Of a stretch of 16,604 bases of DNA, positions 7,849 to 15,175 are shown piece after piece. The stretch spans positions 1 through 16,604 of the forward strand of contig JAWXCN010000140.1 in assembly GCA_034408725.1 (NCBI GenBank). Reading direction: 5' to 3'. The notes beneath the pieces are model-generated. The model searched no databases. It saw only the letters and a program-made list of their open reading frames with translations, and was not told where the DNA came from. The DNA comes from Candidatus Hydrogenedentota bacterium (GTDB taxonomy: Bacteria > Hydrogenedentota > Hydrogenedentia > Hydrogenedentales > SLHB01). A program made the translations under genes and the position numbers. Positions within the stretch are counted from its first letter, which is position 1; every line of letters starts with the position of its first letter.

Positions 7849-9066
7849 TTGTTTGTAGTTAACGCGCTCATGGCCGTGCCCGCATTGTGCCTTGGCGTAG
7901 TCTCCGGGTACTTGTTGTTACTGGTCATCGGCTCGTGCTTCCACCGGAAACAGACCAATACTGCCGCGGCGCCGCTGCGTTTCGCGGTGCTTACACCCGC
8001 GCACAATGAAGAGCTCCAGATCGCCAACACCGTCGCGCAGATACTTGCGTCGGATTATCCCCGCGACATGCTGCATTCGTTTGTCATCGCCGATAATTGC
8101 ACGGATGCAACCGCGCAACGCGCGCGCGAGGCTGGCGCAACCGTATTCGAGCGAAACGATCCGGTGTTGCGCGGCAAGGGCCAAGCCCTTGATTGGTGTT
8201 TAAGAACGCACCGTGACACACTCGTGGAATACGCCGCCATCGCACTCGTAGACGCGGATGCGAGCATGGATTCGCGCTTCCTCACGGAATTGTCCGCGAG
8301 TCTTTCACATCCCGATGTTAGCGTGGTTCAGGCGTGGAACGGCGTTTCTAACCCCGAAGCGAATTGGCGCACTGCGCTCACTTGGGCGGGATTCGCGCTG
8401 ATAAACGGACTGCGCCCCGCGGGCCGCAGTTTTTGGGGCGGCACGGCGGACATCAAAGGCAACGGGATGGCATTTCGCTCGGACGTGCTGCTCGCGTACG
8501 GATGGCCCGCGCATTCCATTGTCGAGGACATCGAATTTTCCGTGCGCTTGTTGCTCGACGATGTTCGGGTCTATTGCAATCACGACGCAATCGTCATTTC
8601 CGAAATGCCCACGACCCAGCAGCAAGCGGAACCGCAGCGGAAGCGATGGGAAAGTGGCCGCGTTGAAACACTGCGCAATTTTGCGCCGCCACTGCTGCGC
8701 GCACTCATGCGGTCGCCGCGCTGGCGGTATCTCGACATGTTGCTCGAATTGTGTGTGCCGCCGCTGTCGTTGCTGGTTTTCTCGCAGTTATTGATGATCG
8801 CGGTAGCGGCCGGCGCCGGATTCTTTGTTGGATGGCATTGGCCCATCATTTTCGCAAGTTACTTTGCGACGACGATACTGTACGTTGTGGCTGGACTTTA
8901 TCAGCGCAACGCGCCGCGGGAAGTGTGGGTTGGATTGCTTGCGGCGCCGCTGTTCTTACTGTGGAAAATTCCGTTCTATGGGCGGCTGCTGTTTGGCGGA
9001 AAGCAGAAGACTTGGGAGCGTACGCAACGTCTGGCGGAAGTCGAGCGGGACAAAACGCCGGAATAG
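7849..9066 (+). CDS. Glycosyltransferase family 2, CESA-like membrane GT (D,D,D,QxxRW)
   Basis: Motifs PAHNEE, IADNCTD, RGKG, VDAD, GNGM, IVED and QRKRW, with N- and C-terminal TM helices. The in-frame TTG at 7849 follows GGAGGGG (7837-7843) and is preferred over the ORF-track start at 7777. Confidence 0.9.
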   Translation: MFVVNALMAVPALCLGVVSGYLLLLVIGSCFHRKQTNTAAAPLRFAVLTPAHNEELQIANTVAQILASDYPRDMLHSFVIADNCTDATAQRAREAGATVFERNDPVLRGKGQALDWCLRTHRDTLVEYAAIALVDADASMDSRFLTELSASLSHPDVSVVQAWNGVSNPEANWRTALTWAGFALINGLRPAGRSFWGGTADIKGNGMAFRSDVLLAYGWPAHSIVEDIEFSVRLLLDDVRVYCNHDAIVISEMPTTQQQAEPQRKRWESGRVETLRNFAPPLLRALMRSPRWRYLDMLLELCVPPLSLLVFSQLLMIAVAAGAGFFVGWHWPIIFASYFATTILYVVAGLYQRNAPREVWVGLLAAPLFLLWKIPFYGRLLFGGKQKTWERTQRLAEVERDKTPE

Positions 9067-9071
9067 GCGCG

Positions 9072-9623
9072 CTACGCTTCGACGGGAGCGGGTTGACGAA
9101 TTGCGCGGCGCGCGATGAGATACGCGACGAATCCCTTCGCGATATCGCCGATGATGAATGGCGCAACGGTTTTTGCGAACGCTTCCGCCGGCCCAACTCC
9201 CGCCCAGAAACAAAACCACGTCAAGCCCATTGCATAGAGCAGAATCGTCGCGGCCATGAGGGCAAGCGCGGGACGGGTGATGGCGGAGACCACAAACGGC
9301 GTCAAAGCGAATGCGGCGAGGAATCCCGTCGTTGCGCCAAACGCCGCAAATATTGAGATACCATCGACCGACACGATGCTGAACAACACGCCGGCCAGTA
9401 GGTAGAGCCCGATGCCCAGTGCAGCGCGGTCGCGTCCGACAACATACGCCGCCGCGAGGACGGGCAAGGTCTGCAAGGTGTACGGTATCGGCGTCCACGG
9501 AACGAAAAAGCGTACCTGTGCCGCGAGAAATACCGCGCCCGCCACCGCAACAACTTCGATGATGCCGAAGAAAGGATTGTCGATGGGACGCGCGCGTTGG
9601 AGAAGGTAGGCATTGTTTCGCAT
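9072..9623 (-). CDS. bioY: Biotin transporter BioY (ECF S-component)
   Basis: 183-aa hydrophobic protein with PWTPIPYTLQTL, TTGFLAAF and PFIIGDIAK, matching BioY signature segments. Confidence 0.88.
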   Translation of the reverse strand: MRNNAYLLQRARPIDNPFFGIIEVVAVAGAVFLAAQVRFFVPWTPIPYTLQTLPVLAAAYVVGRDRAALGIGLYLLAGVLFSIVSVDGISIFAAFGATTGFLAAFALTPFVVSAITRPALALMAATILLYAMGLTWFCFWAGVGPAEAFAKTVAPFIIGDIAKGFVAYLIARRAIRQPAPVEA

Positions 9624-9633
9624 CGTGTCCGGG

Positions 9634-9663
9634 AGTATACGGTGTCTGACACAACGCGATCAA
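9634..9663 (-). promoter_or_regulatory. Putative sigma70-type promoter of bioY
   Basis: Minus strand TTGATC (9663-9658), 18 nt, TATACT (9639-9634). The -10 lies 10 nt before the ATG. Confidence 0.55.
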
Positions 9664-9714
9664 AGCCCCGTAATTTCAAGCGTGCTCGAACCATTCGTCG
9701 CGCACTTCGCGGGG

Positions 9715-9756
9715 AAAAAATAAAGCCAGCCCGGTGATGCATCCGGGCCGGCCTTT
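9715..9756 (-). terminator. Rho-independent terminator of the HU gene
   Basis: Minus strand GCCGGCCCGG, 8-nt loop, CCGGGCTGGC (10-bp stem with one G-U), followed by TTTATTTTTT, about 20 nt after the HU stop. Confidence 0.88.
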
Positions 9757-9774
9757 CGATCTTCGAGGAACGGG

Positions 9775-10059
9775 TTACTTAATTGAATCTTTGGCCTGTT
9801 TCGCGATGCGGAACTTCAGCACGCGCTTCGCAGGAATCTTGATTGTTGCGCCCGTGGCCGGGTTGCGGCCTATGCGCGCCTTGCGATTGACGATCACGAG
9901 CTTGCCAAGACCGGGAATCGTGAAACCGGACTTTGCTTCCTTGTACGCAAGCGCCGTCAACTCGCCGAGCAAGTTTGTGACGTCCTTCTTGCTCAATTCG
10001 GTCTTGTCCGACAACGTGGTGACGATCTGCGCTTTCGTCAATGCCTTCTTACCTGCCAT
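9775..10059 (-). CDS. hup: HU family histone-like DNA-binding protein
   Basis: 94 aa and basic. Motifs LTKAQIV, FTIPGLGKL, RKARIGRNPATGATIKIPAKRVLKF. Strong AAGGAGG RBS upstream. Confidence 0.96.
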   Translation of the reverse strand: MAGKKALTKAQIVTTLSDKTELSKKDVTNLLGELTALAYKEAKSGFTIPGLGKLVIVNRKARIGRNPATGATIKIPAKRVLKFRIAKQAKDSIK

Positions 10060-10188
10060 TCTTCTGCCTCCTTACCGTTAGCTGTCCCAGAATCCCCACA
10101 TGTACCCTCAAATATTTGCGGTGACGCGATAGGCGTCGCCATCGGGTTTCAGCGCCTCGAGTGCTGGGAAACACCCGGCCCATGCGTT

Positions 10189-10217
10189 GATCTACAAAGT
10201 AACGAAGGTTTTGTCAA
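10189..10217 (-). promoter_or_regulatory. Possible promoter of the HU gene
   Basis: Perfect TTGACA (10217-10212), 17 nt, then TAGATC, an imperfect -10. Confidence 0.4.
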
Positions 10218-10350
10218 GCCCTATTTTCGGGGTTGAAATGAATTTCACCCTCACTTCGCCCTGTGTTTATAGGGGTTTGGTGACGCCGCCGGATACATTC
10301 TTGACGGATTTCTCCGCAAAACGCTGAAAACAAAGGGGTTTGCGCGTTTG

Positions 10351-10379
10351 TTGATTCGCGGAAATATGCGCCGTATAGT
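10351..10379 (+). promoter_or_regulatory. Putative sigma70-type promoter of the metallophosphoesterase-like gene
   Basis: TTGATT (10351-10356), 17 nt, TATAGT (10374-10379). Purine-rich RBS AGGGGAA at 10400-10406 before the ATG at 10414. Confidence 0.65.
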
Positions 10380-10413
10380 CACGCGACACTCTTTTGGCTA
10401 GGGGAACATTCGC

Positions 10414-11028
10414 ATGCTCATCGCCGTGATCGGCGGAATTCACGGCTACGCCGGCGCGCTCGAAGCCGCGCTGGCGCGCATCGCCGCGCAGGGTATTCAC
10501 ACGGTGCTGTGCACCGGAAACGTCGCCGTTGGCGGGCCGAACCCAAACGAAGCGATAGGTCTGTTGCGCGATTGCCGTGTCACCTGTGTCCAAGGGGCAT
10601 CAGACCGCCTCGCGGTGCGCGCGCTCCGCAAGGCTGAATCCATGAAGGCAAGAATGTCTGAAGAAGATTTCGGCGCGCTGCAACGCGCACACGATGTGTT
10701 GACCAGCGCCAACCTCGAATTTCTGCGGTCCCTGCCCCGCTCACGCACGATCGAGATAGAAGAGTTCAGCCTCTATCTTTGCCATGGGACAGTCGCGAGT
10801 CAGGCCGATTCTCTTCACGAAGGTGATTCAGCAGATCGGTTCCGGCGGCAACGGGAGGCGGCGAACACGGACATTGTGGTTTGCGGGAGCGACGGGCCGG
10901 CGTTTACAAGATGGATTGATCAGACGCTGCTCGTGAATCCCGGCACTTTAGCCACCGATGATGGCGCAAGTTTCTACCTTGTGAATACTGAAGCCGAACC
11001 ATTCAACGCGGAAATCCATCGCGCGTGA
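10414..11028 (+). CDS. Calcineurin-like metallophosphoesterase homolog (YfcE/MJ0936-like) with degenerate metal ligands
   Basis: The scaffold matches the family: IAVIGGIHG, ALEAAL, LCTGNV, GPNPNEAI, VQGASD, LEFLRSLP, LCHG, IVVCGSDG, LVNPGT. Most catalytic residues are substituted. Confidence 0.88.
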   Translation: MLIAVIGGIHGYAGALEAALARIAAQGIHTVLCTGNVAVGGPNPNEAIGLLRDCRVTCVQGASDRLAVRALRKAESMKARMSEEDFGALQRAHDVLTSANLEFLRSLPRSRTIEIEEFSLYLCHGTVASQADSLHEGDSADRFRRQREAANTDIVVCGSDGPAFTRWIDQTLLVNPGTLATDDGASFYLVNTEAEPFNAEIHRA

Positions 11029-11039
11029 TGCATTAAAGA

Positions 11040-11756
11040 TTACTCGTCCAGCTCCGGAAGCCACTTGATGAATCCGGCCCAGCTCCCCAACACGATGTCC
11101 GCCGTGGTGCCCGCGCGATAGCGATCATTGTCGCCGACGAATAATGCCGCTTTCGCGCCGACGGCCTGCGCGCCCGCGATGTCGGTGGCCTGCAAATCGC
11201 CGATGTGCAATAATTCGTGCATGCCGACACCCAGCCCGCGCGCGGCCATGTCGAACATCAGCGTCTGCGGTTTCGACACGCCCACCTCATCTGAAAACGC
11301 CATGACGCGAAAATGCGGCGTGAATCCGTGCAGATCGAGTAGCGCGCGAAGCGATGACCCCGGACTGATACCCGCGTCAGAAATGATTCCGGCGGGATAG
11401 CGTTCCGCCGCGGCGCGGACTGCGTCAATCGCGTGCGGGATTGGTTCCGGCGGATACGCAAGGATGGCCGTGCCGAATGTATACGCCAGCGCAAGCCGTG
11501 TGTCCGGATCGAATTGCAAGTCCAGTTCGCGCTCGACAATGCGCACGGCGTCCGGCGGGCCGAGCGTCCGTTGTTGATGCACGTGATGGTGCAGGAATTC
11601 CGATTCAGCCGCGTGCAACGCGCGCTCGACAGTTTCGGAAGCAACATTGGCGTGCTCTCGCACCGCGTCGATGCGCAGTTGACGGCGCTCAACGGGCTCG
11701 CGGGATTCGCGAAACAACGTGCGCCAAAAATCGAAAGTGATCGCGCGGACAGCCAT
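11040..11756 (-). CDS. HAD-superfamily hydrolase
   Basis: Motif I ITFDFWRTL, motif II IISD, motif III SDEVGVSKP, motif IV HIGDLQATDIAGA. Confidence 0.92.
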   Translation of the reverse strand: MAVRAITFDFWRTLFRESREPVERRQLRIDAVREHANVASETVERALHAAESEFLHHHVHQQRTLGPPDAVRIVERELDLQFDPDTRLALAYTFGTAILAYPPEPIPHAIDAVRAAAERYPAGIISDAGISPGSSLRALLDLHGFTPHFRVMAFSDEVGVSKPQTLMFDMAARGLGVGMHELLHIGDLQATDIAGAQAVGAKAALFVGDNDRYRAGTTADIVLGSWAGFIKWLPELDE

Positions 11757-11759
11757 TGC

Positions 11760-12356
11760 CTAAAACTCCCGGCGATCCTGTCTGATACCGTGTTTCGCGA
11801 TCAGATCATCGGAAAATTTTTGCAGTTCTTCCGGCAGATCGTGCAAGCGGTGCCGCAGATATTTCGCGGGCGAGCCCACCCAGACTTCGAATGGCGGCAC
11901 GTCTTTCGTCACCATGCTGCCTACGCCGATCACCGCGCCCTTGCCTATCTTCACGCCCTTCGATACATACGCGCCGCTGCCCACCCACGCGCCTTCGCCA
12001 ATGATCACGGGGGAATAGTAGTTCGGCACGTAGCGCCAGTTGGCATCCGTGCCGTAGATCAGGTGCGTGCCATCGCGCACGCGGACGTACTCCGCCAAGC
12101 CCGCCATGTCGTGAACTTCGATTAATTCGCCTGCCTCAATGATTACGTTCCAACTGATCAGGCAGCGGTTACCAATGATAATCTTCGCGCCGTCGGCCGC
12201 GCGCAATTTCACGTCCTCGCGTACGCGCACATAGTCGCCCAATTCCACGTGTCCCTCGACTGTGAGATCGCGCCCGATAAACCGGCACCCCGCACCAACC
12301 TTCGCAAACTTCCGCGTGTGCACAAAATTCCGCCAACGGCGGGTAATAGCATTCAT
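11760..12356 (-). CDS. Hexapeptide-repeat (left-handed beta-helix) acyltransferase, maltose/sugar O-acetyltransferase-like
   Basis: VIIGEGAWVGSGAYVSKGVKIGKGAVIGVGSMVTKDVPPFEVWVGSPAK. GGAG RBS at 12370-12367. Ends 3 nt before the HAD start. Confidence 0.92.
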   Translation of the reverse strand: MNAITRRWRNFVHTRKFAKVGAGCRFIGRDLTVEGHVELGDYVRVREDVKLRAADGAKIIIGNRCLISWNVIIEAGELIEVHDMAGLAEYVRVRDGTHLIYGTDANWRYVPNYYSPVIIGEGAWVGSGAYVSKGVKIGKGAVIGVGSMVTKDVPPFEVWVGSPAKYLRHRLHDLPEELQKFSDDLIAKHGIRQDRREF

Positions 12357-12386
12357 TGATCAGCGTCTCCCGGAATTAAACGCGAT

Positions 12387-12416
12387 AGTTTACCCTATAC
12401 GGGTGAGCGGAGTGAA
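12387..12416 (-). promoter_or_regulatory. Possible promoter of the acyltransferase-HAD pair
   Basis: Minus strand TTCACT, 18 nt, TAAACT, about 30 nt upstream of the start codon. Confidence 0.35.
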
Positions 12417-12456
12417 TTTGGCGAGTGCTTGCCGGACACGATGTCGGGGGGAGTGG

Positions 12457-12569
12457 GTGGCGCGGTCGGGAGACCGGCCACAACAAATGACGGAGACCGG
12501 CCACAACAAATGATGGTGACCGGCCACAACAAATGATGGAGACAGGCCACAACAAATGATGGTGACCGG
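12457..12569 (+). repeat. REP-like hairpin followed by a 23-bp tandem repeat (4 full copies plus a partial)
   Basis: Unit GG(A/T)GAC(C/A)GGCCACAACAAATGA(C/T) at 12469, 12492, 12515 and 12538, partial at 12561. Hairpin GTGGC-G-CGGTC-GGGA-GACCG-GCCAC at 12457-12481. Confidence 0.93.
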
Positions 12570-12615
12570 GCGCGACAACGGAGGATGTGGACGCGGTGCT
12601 ATGCTCAACGTCGCG

Positions 12616-14052
12616 TTATAGCGCGCGCGGCCCCGCCGTCTCTGGTGTACGGGTTGCTGGCCGACGACGTTTGTGACGCGGGACGTGCGGCTTACGCACT
12701 GCGGCACGGCGCACCATCACAGAGGGCATATCGATTTGGGACAGTGGCCGCATTCCCGCGAGCCCGCCGATAATGACTAGGTATACGGGATTAAACATCG
12801 CGTTCATCGTATTGTCGGCCATCCAAAGTACAACAACTACCGCAAAGCACGCGGCTGACGAGGCAGCGGGGTGGGTCCACCACGCCGCAGGCGCTTTACG
12901 AACGAACAACAATGCTGGCAACAAGGTCGCGGCGAGCAGCGCGGACATGCCCAGCATACCGTTGGAACCAAGTGTGATTACCCATTGGCTGTCGGTGATT
13001 GTAATGTCCTTTCCTTGCTGATCGTGGATGCGGGACCGGCCCCAGCCGCCCCATCCGAAGAGCGGCTGGATGCGCGCTTTTTCCGCAATGGCCTCTTCAT
13101 TGTAGAACCGCGTCGCGACGGACTGCGCACGGTCCGCGCCGAAAGCGTTGTTCGTCAGGTCAATCAGCTCCGAGCCGTCCCAAAAACCTAGTGCGCGAAT
13201 CGCAATATACGAGACACATACGGTCGCGACGGCGACTACGCCAAGGGACGTGCGTAAGTACCGCACTGACAAGAGCACACAGAGGCCGATCGCCAGCAGC
13301 AGGAGTGCGCCCGTACTCCGGCACATGAGCGTCGTGACGGCCAGTAGCCCAACCAGGAACCACATCGGCACGCCGCGGATGTGACGCACGACACCCGTCT
13401 TCCAAAGCGCGAGGCCGCAGAGCGTGGCGGTGGTCATCCACATTCCGACCATGAGGCCGTGTTGGAGGAACACCATGGGCCGGTATCCACCCGCACGGAT
13501 GGTCTGGATGAACGCATGTTGGTGATAGCCATAGGTGAGCCGGTGCAACTGCGGACTCATGCGCATCTCAAACCAGCAGAACGGGAGATAGATCAGGCCT
13601 CCGATAAACACGCCGAGCGCGAGTTCGCGCATGGACTGGTAATCGGTGAAATATGCGCGGCCCAAGATATACGGCAAACCCCAACGAAGAATCTGGCGAT
13701 TGGATTCGGACAGTCCGTCATACAATCCGAGGCCGTTCGACAGGGATGACGCGAGCGGGCACAAGCAGAGCACCAGCATTGGAAGGTCGATCCATTTGGG
13801 ACGAAGCGCAAGCAATCGATTGGGATCGAACAGCATCGTCGCGAAAAACAGCGACATGGTCGTTGCCGTCATCTTGCTGTATTCGGGAATTCCTTTGAAC
13901 TCATATTCCGCGACGGGCAGGAACAACCACGCTGTAATGAGTCCAACGATGACGGCGCGGCGCGATGGCATGATGAGGAACAGGGTCACCAATACCAACG
14001 GCCATCCGAACATGACGATCGGGACTAAAAAGTTGGCCTCGGAGTACGTCAT
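12616..14052 (-). CDS. O-antigen ligase/Wzy polymerase-like polytopic membrane protein
   Basis: Many TM segments. RPMVFLQHGL, CRSTGALLL and PLFGWGGWGR...TDSQWVITLGSNGMLG resemble the Wzy_C loop. It is the last gene of a Wzx/GT operon, with an ATGA overlap with GT4. Confidence 0.82.
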   Translation of the reverse strand: MTYSEANFLVPIVMFGWPLVLVTLFLIMPSRRAVIVGLITAWLFLPVAEYEFKGIPEYSKMTATTMSLFFATMLFDPNRLLALRPKWIDLPMLVLCLCPLASSLSNGLGLYDGLSESNRQILRWGLPYILGRAYFTDYQSMRELALGVFIGGLIYLPFCWFEMRMSPQLHRLTYGYHQHAFIQTIRAGGYRPMVFLQHGLMVGMWMTTATLCGLALWKTGVVRHIRGVPMWFLVGLLAVTTLMCRSTGALLLLAIGLCVLLSVRYLRTSLGVVAVATVCVSYIAIRALGFWDGSELIDLTNNAFGADRAQSVATRFYNEEAIAEKARIQPLFGWGGWGRSRIHDQQGKDITITDSQWVITLGSNGMLGMSALLAATLLPALLFVRKAPAAWWTHPAASSAACFAVVVVLWMADNTMNAMFNPVYLVIIGGLAGMRPLSQIDMPSVMVRRAAVRKPHVPRHKRRRPATRTPETAGPRAL

Positions 14053-15164
14053 GATTGCGCTCCGGCAACCGCGGGTTTGCCCCGCTTTTCCAGTTCGCGC
14101 GCATATTGCAATGCCGCTTCAAAACGCACTGTTGCGTCGTCCCACGAGTAGGACCGCGCAGTGGCGTATGCCGTATCAGACAGCTTGCGCCATTCTGCAT
14201 CGGGCATGTCCGCGATGCGCGCGAATGCGTTCGCAATCGCCTCTGGATTCTCGTGGGGCGCCAAGATTCCACCGCCTTTGGCGATCAATTCCGGCGCCGC
14301 GCCAGCGGGAGTCGCAATCACGGGGGTTCGACATGCCATCGCTTCGAGAATTGGCAAACCGAATCCTTCCGAGCGGCTCGCGATAATCCACGCATCGCAA
14401 GACGCGTATATCTCGCGCAACGCGTCCGGACTGGGAAGCAAAGAAAACTCCGCGCCATGCGGGACTGGATGGGCGTTCGTGGGTGGGTGCATTCCAAAGG
14501 CGCGGCACCGGATGCGCCGCTCCTGCCCGGCGATTCGCACCGCCTCGACGGCGATGTCGGTCCCCTTCCACGGAACGAGAGCATGCATGAACCCGACGGT
14601 CGGCACGGTTTGCCGGGATCGTTCCTGCGCATGGAAGACATTTGTATCGACGCTGTTTGGAACGACCGACACATCATCGTCGCCATAGGTGGACCGTGCG
14701 ATTTCCGCGAGCCACTCCGCGACAACTATTTTATGCATGGGCAGCGACCAGGTTTTCTTCACGCGCGCGACTGGCATCGAATCATGGATTTCGTAGTGTT
14801 GAAGAAAATACGCCTTTGCCCCCTTGCGTGCCGGCAGCGCGCTCACCCACTCCGCGGTTTCCCACCACGTAGCGACAACGACATCCGCGTCCGACACGTC
14901 GTCCGCGGTAACAGGCCGCCACCGATCAAGCATTTTGCGCGGAATGTCCAGCCCATCAAGATGAGACGGGTACAGGTGCGGTATGCGCGGCCACGTCTCG
15001 CCACGAAACAGACCTTTGACGCGTTGCGCGATAGGCGGCTGGAAGTTTGGCGGATGAACGAGCAACACCTGGTGGCCGCGTTTCCGCAACTGTTCGGCAT
15101 ATACCGCGATCACGCGAATGCCGCCGGAGAGACCGGGTTGTGGCAGGACGAAAGTAATTCGCAC
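14049..15164 (-). CDS. Glycosyltransferase family 4 (GT-B)
   Basis: ITFVLP..GLSGGIRV, ATWWETA, YFLQHYE and EGFGLPILEAMACRTPVIAT (EX7E). The GTG at 15164 after AGGAAG is preferred over 15212, which would overlap the upstream gene. Confidence 0.93.
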   Translation of the reverse strand: MRITFVLPQPGLSGGIRVIAVYAEQLRKRGHQVLLVHPPNFQPPIAQRVKGLFRGETWPRIPHLYPSHLDGLDIPRKMLDRWRPVTADDVSDADVVVATWWETAEWVSALPARKGAKAYFLQHYEIHDSMPVARVKKTWSLPMHKIVVAEWLAEIARSTYGDDDVSVVPNSVDTNVFHAQERSRQTVPTVGFMHALVPWKGTDIAVEAVRIAGQERRIRCRAFGMHPPTNAHPVPHGAEFSLLPSPDALREIYASCDAWIIASRSEGFGLPILEAMACRTPVIATPAGAAPELIAKGGGILAPHENPEAIANAFARIADMPDAEWRKLSDTAYATARSYSWDDATVRFEAALQYARELEKRGKPAVAGAQS

Positions 15165-15175
15165 GCGCCGTCTTC

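Noticed and set aside
7501..8030. Minus-strand ORFs 7501..7782 and 7542..8030
   Set aside because: They have no motifs, overlap real genes, and span a repeat-containing divergent promoter region.
10100..10190. Known riboswitch (TPP, cobalamin, c-di-GMP) or tRNA upstream of HU
   Set aside because: Hairpins are present, but the diagnostic conserved motifs and a cloverleaf are not.
10414..11028. Calling the metallophosphoesterase a pseudogene
   Set aside because: There is no frameshift or internal stop, the scaffold is preserved, and a promoter and RBS are present.
12469..12569. CRISPR array
   Set aside because: The 23-bp units are directly adjacent with no unique spacers, and no cas genes are in the window.
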